From: an uncultured Chloroflexia bacterium
Lineage (GTDB): Bacteria > Chloroflexota > Anaerolineae > Anaerolineales > DRKV01
Assembly: GCA_963824065.1 (NCBI GenBank)
Contig: CAWGNX010000001.1
Location: 435,825-499,824, forward strand
Length of the DNA stretch: 64,000 nt
Direction of reading: 5' to 3'
A model generated the notes under the pieces. The model did not search any database, was not told the DNA's origin, and saw nothing but the letters and a program-made list of their open reading frames with translations. The position numbers and the translations under genes were made by a program. Below are positions 39,395 through 48,706 of the stretch, piece after piece (the stretch's first letter is position 1; every line of letters begins with the position of its first letter).

Positions 39395-40453
39395 ATGACT
39401 GACCTTAACAACTTATTGAAAGAACTCATTTCTGTTCCTGGCCTTTCGGGACACGAAAAGCCAGTCCGGGATTTAATCCAGGTAGCCTGGCAGCCTTTGA
39501 GCGATGAGATCAAAACCAGCCGCATCGGCAGCCTGTATGCCTTGAAGCGCGGCAGCGGGCCTGAACCGCGGCCAGCCATCCTGCTGTCTGCTCATATGGA
39601 TGCCATCGGACTGATGGTCACAGGCATCACCGATGGTTTTCTGCGCCTGTCAGAAATCGGTGGCATTGATCACCGCGTTCTTCCGGGCCAGCTGATCACC
39701 GTCCACGGGCGCCAGGATCTTCCGGGGGTGATCATCCAGCCTCCGGAACGGCTGCTGCCTGAGGACCTTAAAAATAACCCGCTGCCGCTGGAACGCTTAC
39801 TGGTCGATACCGGCTTGAGCGTGCGAGATGTCAACCGGCTGGTGCGCCCGGGAGATCTGGTGTCATTTGCCCAGCCTCCCTTGGACCTGGGGGAAGAAGT
39901 GATCGCCGGTCATTCGTTGGATAATCGCGCCTCGGTTGCGGCAGTTACCCACACCCTTGAGCTGCTGCAAAACCGCGCCCATACTTGGGATGTCTGGGCT
40001 CTGGCAAGCGTCCAGGAGGAGGAAACCATGGCGGGGGCATACACCTCGGCTTACGAGCTGCGCCCTACCCTGGCGGTTGCAATTGATGTCACCTTCGGGA
40101 AAAGCTCTGGATCAAACGATTACCGCACCTTCCCGGTGGGGAAAGGGCCTACCCTGGGTTGGGGTCCAAATATCCACCCGCACTTGCATCAAATCTTCAA
40201 GGAAACGGCCGACCAGCTGGAAATCCCTTATGCTGTCGAAGTGATGCCGCGCCATTCCGGCACGGATGCATTTGCCATCCAAGTGGTTGCGGAAGGTATT
40301 CCCGCCATGGTTGTCAGCATCCCGCTGCGTTATATGCATACTCCGGTCGAGCTGGTCGCTCTGAAAGATATCCGCCGGGCTGGCAGGTTGATCGCAGCCG
40401 TCATCGCTCGGCTTGCTCCGGACACGATGGACAGCTTTAATTGGGACGATTGA
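39395..40453 (+). CDS. M42-family metallo-aminopeptidase (FrvX/TET-like), paralog 1
   Basis: LLKELISVPGLSGHEKPVRD... and the metal-ligand regions SAHMDAIG and SLDNRASV are present. Confidence 0.9.
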   Translation: MTDLNNLLKELISVPGLSGHEKPVRDLIQVAWQPLSDEIKTSRIGSLYALKRGSGPEPRPAILLSAHMDAIGLMVTGITDGFLRLSEIGGIDHRVLPGQLITVHGRQDLPGVIIQPPERLLPEDLKNNPLPLERLLVDTGLSVRDVNRLVRPGDLVSFAQPPLDLGEEVIAGHSLDNRASVAAVTHTLELLQNRAHTWDVWALASVQEEETMAGAYTSAYELRPTLAVAIDVTFGKSSGSNDYRTFPVGKGPTLGWGPNIHPHLHQIFKETADQLEIPYAVEVMPRHSGTDAFAIQVVAEGIPAMVVSIPLRYMHTPVELVALKDIRRAGRLIAAVIARLAPDTMDSFNWDD

Positions 40454-40577
40454 ACCGGCCCGCAGAATCCGGGGATGAAATGGTCAATCTGGTAGATTGC
40501 GCTGTCCGCCGGATGAATTATTTTGCCGGATGAGTTCATCCGCAGTGCCAAAAATTGCTGGATCACCAGCCGAATAG

Positions 40578-41687
40578 ATGGAAAACATGATGCCCGAATC
40601 AAAGAATGATCTCAAGCTGCCTCGCATTGGCACCGCCCAACTCCGCTTGCTGGAAAACCTTTGTAATGCTAGCGCAGTCTCCGGGGATGAAGGTCCGGTG
40701 CGAAAAATAGTGTTAGAACAGATCAAGCCAATAGCCGATGAGCTCAAAGTGGATGCACTGGGCAATGTGCTCGCCGTTCGCCGCCCCCAAGCGAGCAACC
40801 GCAAGAATCAACCTCCATTGCGTGTCATGCTGGCTGCCCACATGGACGAAGTCGGTTTTATGATCACCGCCGATGATGGTGAAGGAGTTTACCGGTTTAA
40901 CCTGGTCGGCGGCGTGGATGTGCGCCAACTGGTTGGCAAACCGGTTTCCATCGGCAAAGAAATGATCACCGGTATCATTGGCGCCAAGCCCATTCACCTC
41001 ACCACTGCCAGCGAACGTAAAAACAGCCTGACGATTGAGAATCTGCGCATTGATGTCGGTCGAAGTGGAAAAAACATCAAGCCGGGCGATCGCGCCACGT
41101 TTGCGACGGTATTTTCCCACCTTGGACCCAGTGTGCGTGCCAAGGCACTCGATGACCGCCTGGGAGTGGCCACGTTGATCGAGCTGTTTAAGCACGCCCC
41201 CCCGCAGATCGAGCTGCTGGCAGCCTTTACGGTGCAGGAAGAGGTTGGTTTACGCGGCGCCCGGGTCGCGGCCTATGCCTTCGATCCCCAGATTGGGATT
41301 GCGCTGGACTGCACACCGGCTTATGACCTGCCATCCTGGGACGGAGAGGAAAATGCAGTTTACAACACCCGCCTGGATGCGGGTCCGGCGCTGTATATCT
41401 CCAACTCATCCACCTTATCCGACCCACGCCTGGTACGCCATTTTGTTACAACCGCCGAAGATTTTGGCCTGCCTTACCAGTTCCGCCAGCCCGGCGGCGG
41501 GGGCACCGATGCCGGCGCGATTCACAAGCAGCGCGCTGGGATCCCAAGTATCTCTATCTCGGTCCCCGGGCGTTATCTGCATACTCCGGCTGCCATCGTG
41601 CGGGTAAATGATTGGCAGCACACCCTCCAGCTCGTTTTTGCGGCACTCAGCCGGCTGTCTCCCAAGCTATTGCAGCAAGAACGCTGA
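40578..41687 (+). CDS. M42-family metallo-aminopeptidase, paralog 2
   Basis: LLENLCNASAVSGDEGPVRK..., AAHMDEVGF, ALDDRLGV and VQEEVGLRGA. Confidence 0.9.
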   Translation: MENMMPESKNDLKLPRIGTAQLRLLENLCNASAVSGDEGPVRKIVLEQIKPIADELKVDALGNVLAVRRPQASNRKNQPPLRVMLAAHMDEVGFMITADDGEGVYRFNLVGGVDVRQLVGKPVSIGKEMITGIIGAKPIHLTTASERKNSLTIENLRIDVGRSGKNIKPGDRATFATVFSHLGPSVRAKALDDRLGVATLIELFKHAPPQIELLAAFTVQEEVGLRGARVAAYAFDPQIGIALDCTPAYDLPSWDGEENAVYNTRLDAGPALYISNSSTLSDPRLVRHFVTTAEDFGLPYQFRQPGGGGTDAGAIHKQRAGIPSISISVPGRYLHTPAAIVRVNDWQHTLQLVFAALSRLSPKLLQQER

Positions 41688-41727
41688 GCGGCCTCCATTT
41701 CAAGATCTGCATGCAACAGGAGCATTT

Positions 41728-42741
41728 ATGAAAGCACTGATACAACAACTTGTTGAGACCCCCGGTCCTTCGGGATACGAAAACCAGGTACGCAGTCTGG
41801 TGCGCTCTGCCGTGGAGCCGCATGCGGACGAAGTCCAGGTCGATGCAATGGGCAATCTACTTGCCCGCAAAGGCACCCGCCAGAGTGGCGGTCTGCGCAT
41901 CATGCTCTCTGCTCACATGGATGAGATCGGGATTATTGTCACTCACATTGACGAGAATGGTTTCCTGCGGTTTACTAATCTTGGTGGTGTCCGTGCTTAC
42001 AATCACATCGGTGGACGGGTGCGGTTCCTGGATGGCACCCTGGGTGTCATCGGCGCAGAACGCCTAACAAGCAGTTCAGATATGCCCTCGCTGGAACGGT
42101 TATTTATTGATGTCGGCGCGACCAGCCGCAAAGACTGCCCCATTCAGGTCGGCGATGTGGCCGCTTTTGACCGCCCGTTCATCGTGATCGCTGGTAAAAA
42201 TGGGTCCGAGCGCCTGGTTGCCAAGGCCATGGACGACCGCATCAGTGTGGCCGTTTTGATCGAGACGCTGCGCAACGTTAAACAATCCCCTCACGAGCTT
42301 TATTTTGTCTTTTCGGTTCAGGAAGAAGTGGGCTTGCGCGGTGCGACCACCGCCGCGTACGCTGTGGACCCTGAAATTGGGATTGCGGTGGACGTGACCC
42401 TGACCGGGGACACCCCTAAAAGCGTCAAAATGGAGGTCGCTCTCGGGAAAGGCCCGGCAATTAAGGTGCGCGATGGGGGCATGCTCTCGGATCCCCGCAT
42501 CGTGGATTGGATGGTAAGCACGGCTGAAAAAGCCCGGCTGCCCTACCAGCTTGAAGTCCTGGAAGGCGGCACGACCGACGCGCGCGCCATGCAGATCAGC
42601 CGGGCCGGTATGCCAGCCGGTTGTATATCGATCCCCTGCCGGTATGTACACTCGCCTTCCGAAACAGTGGATCTCGGGGATGTAGAAAATGCAGTCAGGC
42701 TTCTCACTGCCCTGGTCAGCGGACCGATAAACTTGGAATGA
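41728..42741 (+). CDS. M42-family metallo-aminopeptidase, paralog 3
   Basis: MKALIQQLVETPGPSGYENQVR..., SAHMDEIG, AMDDRISV and VQEEVGLRGA. The start is set at ATG 41728. Confidence 0.9.
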   Translation: MKALIQQLVETPGPSGYENQVRSLVRSAVEPHADEVQVDAMGNLLARKGTRQSGGLRIMLSAHMDEIGIIVTHIDENGFLRFTNLGGVRAYNHIGGRVRFLDGTLGVIGAERLTSSSDMPSLERLFIDVGATSRKDCPIQVGDVAAFDRPFIVIAGKNGSERLVAKAMDDRISVAVLIETLRNVKQSPHELYFVFSVQEEVGLRGATTAAYAVDPEIGIAVDVTLTGDTPKSVKMEVALGKGPAIKVRDGGMLSDPRIVDWMVSTAEKARLPYQLEVLEGGTTDARAMQISRAGMPAGCISIPCRYVHSPSETVDLGDVENAVRLLTALVSGPINLE

Positions 42742-44090
42742 AAATTCTACCCAGGCAGAGCCACAGCATGTTTTTCCGCAAAGCATTTTTACGACTCACC
42801 TGCTTGCTGGCGGCTTGTTTGCTGCTGCTCACTGCTACCGCCTGTGACCGGCTGCCCATCCCTGGGCTGGGTGAGGCAGTGACAGGTACCCCACCCGCGC
42901 CAACCGGCACGACTGCTGTGCTGCCTTCACCCAGCCCTTCGATCGAACCGGATGCGTCGCAGTCACCGGGTACGCAAACCCTGCGCCTGTGGCTCCCGCC
43001 TGAATTTGATCCGGCAGCAGGCACACCCGCGGGTGATATCTTGCAAGCGCGCCTGGATGAATTTGAGAACCGCCGCCCCAATGTGACCGTTGAAACGCGG
43101 ATTAAAGCCGTGGAGGGGACCGGCGGAATGATCAATACACTTACTACCGCCAGCACTGCCGCCCCCCTGGCATTACCCGATGTCGTCGCCCTGCCCCGCC
43201 GGGCGATTGAACCCGCCGTTCAAAAGGGTCTGCTCTACCCGTTTGGTGACCTGGGTCCTCTGCGCACAGCGCAATGGTTTGATTATGCAACCCAGCTAAG
43301 CGGGGTGGAGCAGGGCCAATACAGCCTGCCGTTTGCCGGGGACGCGTTGGTGCTGCTCTACCGCCCGGGTGAAATCGAGACCCCGCCCCGCAGTTGGGAT
43401 GAGCTGCTTCAGGGGCCAGCTGCCCTGTTGTTCCCGGCTGCCAGCCCCCAGGCTTTATTCACCCTTTCCCAATACAACGCTGCCGGGGGACCCAACCTGG
43501 ATGCCGACAGCCGCCCATTTCTGGATCAGACAATTTTGACTGCCGTGTTCATCTTCTACCAGCAGGCATCTGCTGGCGAAAAAATGCCCTTCTGGCTTAC
43601 CCAGTATGAGGATGATAACCAGGTCTGGCAGGCCTACCTGGACAACCGCGCTCCGATGGTTGCCACCTGGTCTTCGCGCTACCTGGCTGACCCCCCTGCC
43701 GACAGCGCGGCAGCGATGCTTCCAACGCACGATGGCGAGCCGTTTACCCTGGCGACGGGCTGGGTTTGGGCCACCTCCAACCCCGATCCTGCCCGGCGCG
43801 AGCTGAGCACCGAGTTGGCAGTCTTTCTGTCGGACTCCGAATTCCTGGGGCGCTGGACAGAGGCAGCTGGTTTCCTGCCCACCCGCCCGGATGTGCTCGC
43901 CTTTTGGTCCGATGCCACCCAACAGCAGCTGGCCAGCCAGCTGGTCGAATCAGCGCATCCCTATCCCTCGCCAGACGTTCTCAATATCCTGGGACCGGCG
44001 CTCCAGGAAACCACGATTGATGTCTTAAAACAGCAGAATACCCCCTCTGGATCTGCCGAAAAAGCCGCCGAAACCGTTAACAACCCCTGA
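42738..44090 (+). CDS. Extracellular solute-binding lipoprotein (SBP family 1-like) with no adjacent permease or ATPase
   Basis: The ATG overlaps the upstream stop (ATGA). A lipobox LLTATAC is present, and the sequence resembles SBP_bac_1 overall. Confidence 0.75.
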   Translation: MKILPRQSHSMFFRKAFLRLTCLLAACLLLLTATACDRLPIPGLGEAVTGTPPAPTGTTAVLPSPSPSIEPDASQSPGTQTLRLWLPPEFDPAAGTPAGDILQARLDEFENRRPNVTVETRIKAVEGTGGMINTLTTASTAAPLALPDVVALPRRAIEPAVQKGLLYPFGDLGPLRTAQWFDYATQLSGVEQGQYSLPFAGDALVLLYRPGEIETPPRSWDELLQGPAALLFPAASPQALFTLSQYNAAGGPNLDADSRPFLDQTILTAVFIFYQQASAGEKMPFWLTQYEDDNQVWQAYLDNRAPMVATWSSRYLADPPADSAAAMLPTHDGEPFTLATGWVWATSNPDPARRELSTELAVFLSDSEFLGRWTEAAGFLPTRPDVLAFWSDATQQQLASQLVESAHPYPSPDVLNILGPALQETTIDVLKQQNTPSGSAEKAAETVNNP

Positions 44091-44244
44091 CCGGGCACCA
44101 GCGGATATTTTCAAGGTGGGGTTGTGGAAAGTGGTCTCGGCGTTTTCCACAGCCCCTTCCCACCCTGCTGAGAACGAAGTGATAATCGCTTCACCCACGG
44201 GTTGCGCGGCTTGTGAAACCCCTGACCAGGTGCTGCCAGGGCAC

Positions 44245-44274
44245 TTGACGTTGGCTCCCCGGCGGTGTTATGAT
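44245..44274 (+). promoter_or_regulatory. Candidate extended -10 promoter of LysM-M23 paralog 1
   Basis: TTGACG (44245-44250) precedes TGtTATGAT (44266-44274). The same architecture recurs at 45634-45662. Confidence 0.5.
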
Positions 44275-44299
44275 GCTGCGTAGAGGTAATACGCAGTCC

Positions 44300-45529
44300 A
44301 TGATTGAGTCCAACGACGATCCTGCTCACCAACGTTCTGGATCGGATTACCCCCCAACAACCAAAAATTCGCAAACCGGTGAAGCACCCCCCGGCAGGTT
44401 CGAGTTGTTTTGGCAGCAGCTCACAAGCCTGGGTCTGGCTGATTCCGCACTGCGCCTGGTGACCCACGTGTTTTCCATTGTGGCGGTCCTGATTGTCGTT
44501 TGGGTTGCTCGTGAGTTCTTCCGGGTAGCCCAACCGGGCATCCAAAGCGAGGTTAGCCAGGGCGTTCAGGCGGCAGAAATCCCGACAGCTACTCCTACAC
44601 CACTGCCTCCGACCCCCCCTGCACTTCCCGAAAAACCGGTCGCCGCGCGCCCGGGTGTTGCCCGGCGACTGGAGCTCCACACGACAGTACCTTCGCGCTT
44701 GCGCCTGGAAACGGTTAAGTACACCGTCCAGGAGGGTGATACCGTGTTTGACATTGCCGAAAAATTTGGACTCCAGGCCGAAACCATCCTGTGGGGCAAT
44801 TACAACGTCCTGGCAGATGACCCACATCGCCTACAGGCCGGTCAGGAGCTCACCATTCTCCCTGCAGACGGCACTTATTATGAATGGCAGCCTGGAGATG
44901 GTTTAAACGGAGTGGCGCGCTTTTTCGGTGTAACCCCGGAGGAGATCATCAACTGGGCAGGGAACGACCTGGATATGGCAACCATTGGTGATCTTTCTGC
45001 CCCCTCGATCGAGCCCGGCACCTGGCTGGTGATTCCAGGCGGGCGGCGCGAATTTGTCACCTGGAGCGCGCCGCGCATCACCCGCGCCGATCCCGGCGTC
45101 GCCAAAGTGCTTGGTCCCGGCAACTGCGGCTCTATTGCTGATGGGCCGGTGGGTGTCGGCAGCTTCATCTGGCCCGCCAATAACCGCTTCTTATCCGGGT
45201 ACGATTACGCGCCATCCGCCAACCATTTCGGCATTGACATTGATGGCGATTTGGGAAATCCTGTGTATGCCACCGACAGCGGCGTCGTGGTGTACGCCGG
45301 CTGGAATGACTGGGGCTACGGCAATATGGTAGTCATCGATCACGGCAACGGCTGGCAAAGTCTTTACGCTCACCTGGATACCCTGAATGTTGGCTGCGGA
45401 AGTTATGCTTATCAGGGAGGCGTCCTGGGTGGTTTTGGCAGTACAGGCAATTCGTCTGGCCCACATTTGCATTTCGAACTGATGAGCGACGAATACGGTA
45501 AAGTTAACCCCTGGAATTTTATCCAATAA
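44300..45529 (+). CDS. Membrane-anchored LysM + M23 (LytM-type) metallopeptidase, paralog 1
   Basis: The protein has a TM helix and a LysM-like domain (YTVQEGDTVFDIAEKFGL). M23 motifs are also present (HFGIDI...D, GNMVVIDHGNGWQSLYAHL, GPHLHFEL). The ORF opens at 44270, but that ATG lies inside the putative -10 element, so ATG 44300 (after AGAGGTAA) is preferred. Confidence 0.85.
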   Translation: MIESNDDPAHQRSGSDYPPTTKNSQTGEAPPGRFELFWQQLTSLGLADSALRLVTHVFSIVAVLIVVWVAREFFRVAQPGIQSEVSQGVQAAEIPTATPTPLPPTPPALPEKPVAARPGVARRLELHTTVPSRLRLETVKYTVQEGDTVFDIAEKFGLQAETILWGNYNVLADDPHRLQAGQELTILPADGTYYEWQPGDGLNGVARFFGVTPEEIINWAGNDLDMATIGDLSAPSIEPGTWLVIPGGRREFVTWSAPRITRADPGVAKVLGPGNCGSIADGPVGVGSFIWPANNRFLSGYDYAPSANHFGIDIDGDLGNPVYATDSGVVVYAGWNDWGYGNMVVIDHGNGWQSLYAHLDTLNVGCGSYAYQGGVLGGFGSTGNSSGPHLHFELMSDEYGKVNPWNFIQ

Positions 45530-45633
45530 CGGCAAACTAGATCTGCTTAAACTGCCTTCGGGTCGGGCAAGCTGCTTAATTTTGCCCCCGATTAACCTTG
45601 CATGAGAGAGAACCTGTTAACACTTTCCATGCC

Positions 45634-45662
45634 TTGACGCACCTCCGGGGCAGTGTTACCAT
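45634..45662 (+). promoter_or_regulatory. Candidate extended -10 promoter of LysM-M23 paralog 2
   Basis: TTGACG (45634-45639), a 17-nt spacer ending in TGt, and TACCAT (45657-45662). Confidence 0.5.
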
Positions 45663-45683
45663 GCGAAAGGAGGCCCAGGCCCG

Positions 45684-46958
45684 ATGTCTATCGAAAACCA
45701 GACAGAATCGCAATCCCAGTCACCTGAAGCAACCAACGTGCCAGCCCCCGGTTCGCACAGCTCAATCTCATCTGAACGACCCGCGCGACCTGATCTGGCG
45801 GATAACACGCCTGCTGAACCAGGCAATCTCCCTACCCCCTCACCCGCGAAAGGCAGCCGAGCCCTGGTGGTCGCACTTAAAATTACCACCTACACCGCAT
45901 TGGTCGTGATCGTGGCAATCCTGGCGTGGATCGCCCGCGACCGGATCCTGAACCGCCAGGCAGACCTGACGCCTGGTTCGCTTCCGCAAGCCGCAGCTGC
46001 TTTTGAAATCCCCACAAGCCTCCCCACCGCTGATGTTTTCCCCCAGGTCGAAATGCCACCACTGGCTGCGAGTGAACCTTTACTCAGCAAGGGTATCGCC
46101 CGCACCACCGATATGCACACCACCATACCCACCCGGCCGCGCGTGGATGTCATTACTTACACCGTGGAAACCGGCGATACACTTTTTAGTATTGCCGATT
46201 CGTTTGGTATTAAGCCAGAAACTCTCTTGTGGGGCAACTTTGACACCCTGGAAGACAACCCTCATCTGCTGCGGCCTGAGCAGGTGCTGAATATCCCGCC
46301 CATTGATGGCACCTATTATCAGTGGACTGAAGGGGACAGCTTGCAGACCGTCGCCACTTTTTTTGGTGTCGATCCACAGGTGATTATCAATTACCCTGGC
46401 AACCGCTTTGACCTGACCGAGACCACGCCCGATTCGGCCAACATCGAAGTTGGTCGCTGGCTGATCGTCCCCGGTGGCAAGCGCGCAATCAAAGATTGGG
46501 GCCCGCCGGCGATTTCGCGCAGCAACCCGGCTTCGGCACGCTATTATGGCGCCGGACACTGCGGAGCGGTCTACGAAGGTGCGATTGGTTCCAGCACTTT
46601 TGTCTGGCCTACCTCCGCCCATACCATTTCTGGCTACAGCTACAATCCTGGCGTCCACCCGGCGATTGATATTGCTGGAGGTGAAGGCGCACCGGTTTTT
46701 GCAACCGACAGCGGTGTGGTTGTTTATGCCGGTTGGAGCAACTACGGTTACGGTAATCTGGTTGTGATTGACCACGGCAACGGCTGGCAGTCGGCTTACG
46801 CCCACCTCAGCTCCTACGGTGTGGGCTGCGGGCAGAGTGTATTCCAGGGCGGTGGGATTGGCGCAGTGGGCAATACAGGCAACTCCTACGGCTCCCACCT
46901 GCATTTTGAGCTGGTCTACGGCGGCGCCAAGATCAACCCGCTGGATTTCCTGCCCTAA
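45684..46958 (+). CDS. Membrane-anchored LysM + M23 metallopeptidase, paralog 2
   Basis: The architecture matches 44300..45529 and the two can be aligned by eye along most of their length (YTVETGDTLFSIADSFGI..., GNLVVIDHGNGWQSAYAHL, GSHLHFEL). Confidence 0.85.
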   Translation: MSIENQTESQSQSPEATNVPAPGSHSSISSERPARPDLADNTPAEPGNLPTPSPAKGSRALVVALKITTYTALVVIVAILAWIARDRILNRQADLTPGSLPQAAAAFEIPTSLPTADVFPQVEMPPLAASEPLLSKGIARTTDMHTTIPTRPRVDVITYTVETGDTLFSIADSFGIKPETLLWGNFDTLEDNPHLLRPEQVLNIPPIDGTYYQWTEGDSLQTVATFFGVDPQVIINYPGNRFDLTETTPDSANIEVGRWLIVPGGKRAIKDWGPPAISRSNPASARYYGAGHCGAVYEGAIGSSTFVWPTSAHTISGYSYNPGVHPAIDIAGGEGAPVFATDSGVVVYAGWSNYGYGNLVVIDHGNGWQSAYAHLSSYGVGCGQSVFQGGGIGAVGNTGNSYGSHLHFELVYGGAKINPLDFLP

Positions 46959-46970
46959 CCGGGGTTTTCC

Positions 46971-47306
46971 ATGGGCCTATTGAACAGACTGGGAAACCTC
47001 TTTGGGAGGTCCCCCCGCTCAACCAGTGATGTACTCTGGATATACGTCCGTTGCCTGCGCTGCGGCGAAGTACTGCGCGGCCGGATTGATCTGCGGAATG
47101 ACCCCAGCCTGGAAGATGCAGACCCGCAGGTGCCGGCAACCTATATGTGCCGCAAGCTGCTCAGTGGCAGTGGGAAAAACCTTTGCTTCCAAACAATCGA
47201 GGTTTTCCTGCGCTTTGATGCCAGCCACAACTTATTGGAGCAAAAGGTCAGCGGGGGAGAGTTTACTGACGAAGCCGCTTACCAGGCAGGTCTTCCATCG
47301 CAATAA
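46971..47306 (+). CDS. Hypothetical small protein with a CxxC pair
   Basis: A 111-aa ORF begins 13 nt after the M23 paralog 2 stop. The sequence VRCLRCGEVLRG...YMCRKLL suggests a zinc-ribbon-like element. I recognise no family. Confidence 0.45.
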   Translation: MGLLNRLGNLFGRSPRSTSDVLWIYVRCLRCGEVLRGRIDLRNDPSLEDADPQVPATYMCRKLLSGSGKNLCFQTIEVFLRFDASHNLLEQKVSGGEFTDEAAYQAGLPSQ

Positions 47307-47342
47307 AATCAAACAGGCTCATAGAAGCTGCGCAGCCTGTTT
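47301..47342 (-). terminator. Hairpin terminator between convergent genes
   Basis: A 9-bp stem AAACAGGCT / AGCCTGTTT (47311-47342) is followed on the minus strand by GATTTTATTG. Confidence 0.5.
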
Positions 47343-47385
47343 TACATTCCCATCCTTGCAATAGGAAACAAGCATGCGCTGTCAC

Positions 47386-48669
47386 TCAATCCAGGCGGGC
47401 AGCCACAAATGGCACCAGCATCTCTTCCGGGTGCAGGCCGCCGTGCCGCCCTAACAAGATATTCTCCTTGGGCGCCCACCACAGGTACATCGCTTCACCC
47501 GGAAACACCACCAGATCACCCAGCCGTTCGCCCAGGCGCGGATGGCGTTCGCCGCTGCCAAATAAGCCGCTTTCAGCCGCGTAAGCTGCATCCATGACCC
47601 GAAACTGCTTCATCCAATTACGATCGATATATTCGCGAATCGCCTCCGTCTGGCCCGGGCGCACATACAGATACATCAAGCGGTTTTCGCCGCTGGGCGC
47701 CATGTGCAGGCGGCGATCCAGGCCCGGGTGGCTGGCGAGCTCAAAATGAGGGTCCGGGGGCGTTTGGAGCATGCCGTGATCGGCCAGCAAAATCACCACG
47801 GTTCCCTTGCGGAGCGCTGGATCAAGCTTATCCAGGAATAAAGTTTCAAAGCTCCGGCTGAAACTGGCAAATTCTGCCGCCGGGCGCTCGTCATCCGGGC
47901 CGTGCATGTGGCCCAGGTGGTCTACATCTCCCCAGTAGACCCAGGTGTAAAGCCGCCGGTGGCGGCGTGCTTCCAGCAGCTGGCGTACGCCGATCCACAG
48001 GTCGGCTGCACTGCCAAAGCTGTGCACTTCAGCTCCATCCATGAGCATCTGCGACAGGCCGGAGTGGGAAATCGTGAAATGTTGGAAGGCATGGACTTCC
48101 ACGCTGTGCCTGCCCAGGTGCTGCGCCATATTGGGAAAAGGCAGATAGGTCCTCGGTGTAAACCCCGCCCTGGTCAGGCTGCCGGCGCTGTTGTTAAATG
48201 CCGCCGGTGCATGCTGGATCATGTTGACGATCATCCCATATTCTTTCATCCACATTTCGTAGCCCATAATCCCGTGTTCATAAGGGCTGCGTCCGGTCCA
48301 CAGTGTTGTCAGCGCCGAGCTGGTCGTGCTGGGTGTGACCGATGTAAGCGGAGCCAGCACCCCTTGTTGGGCAAGGCGCTCCCACACCTGCGAAGAACCA
48401 TCAGCAATCCAGCGCTGCAGGCGGTGAAGTGCCAGGGCATCCATTAAAACCAGCACCACCCGTTGGGCTTCTCCCAACCCGGCCGTTAGGGCCGGATCGA
48501 GTGCTTGAGCGCCAACGGGTTCAGCTCCGAGAAGTGCGCAAACGGTGGCGGGTATGTTAAGGATTGAATTGCCGCCGTAATTTGGATAGCACAACCCATT
48601 CCCCAGGTCCATGCCAGGCAGCCGGTGAGCAAGCAGTTGCGGCAGGCGCTCTGCAGTTCGATCAGCCAT
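47386..48669 (-). CDS. Alkaline-phosphatase-superfamily protein (nucleotide pyrophosphatase/phosphodiesterase-like)
   Basis: The metal and nucleophile regions LVLMDALA, TSVTPSTTSSALTTLWTG, DVDHLGHMHG and LLADHGM are present. Confidence 0.8.
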   Translation of the reverse strand: MADRTAERLPQLLAHRLPGMDLGNGLCYPNYGGNSILNIPATVCALLGAEPVGAQALDPALTAGLGEAQRVVLVLMDALALHRLQRWIADGSSQVWERLAQQGVLAPLTSVTPSTTSSALTTLWTGRSPYEHGIMGYEMWMKEYGMIVNMIQHAPAAFNNSAGSLTRAGFTPRTYLPFPNMAQHLGRHSVEVHAFQHFTISHSGLSQMLMDGAEVHSFGSAADLWIGVRQLLEARRHRRLYTWVYWGDVDHLGHMHGPDDERPAAEFASFSRSFETLFLDKLDPALRKGTVVILLADHGMLQTPPDPHFELASHPGLDRRLHMAPSGENRLMYLYVRPGQTEAIREYIDRNWMKQFRVMDAAYAAESGLFGSGERHPRLGERLGDLVVFPGEAMYLWWAPKENILLGRHGGLHPEEMLVPFVAARLD

Positions 48670-48698
48670 TTCTCACATCTCCCTGTCCTTGTTATAAT
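48670..48698 (+). promoter_or_regulatory. Candidate promoter abutting the start codon (leaderless or near-leaderless)
   Basis: TATAAT (48693-48698) ends 8 nt before ATG 48707 and no SD sequence is present. The 12-mer GTTATAATGCAC is shared with 24478-24489. Confidence 0.4.
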
Positions 48699-48706
48699 GC
48701 ACGCCT

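Noticed and set aside
44111-44827. 238-aa minus-strand ORF
   Set aside because: It is antisense to the 5' part of LysM-M23 paralog 1 and its promoter. It has an Arg/Gly/Cys-rich shadow composition and no motif or SD.
46080-46904. 274-aa minus-strand ORF; similar cases are 48935..49747, 38105..38803, 13344..13976 and 42100..42786
   Set aside because: All lie antisense to genes with clear family motifs (M23, SBP, PIG-L, RlmB, M42) and lack SD sequences and motifs of their own.
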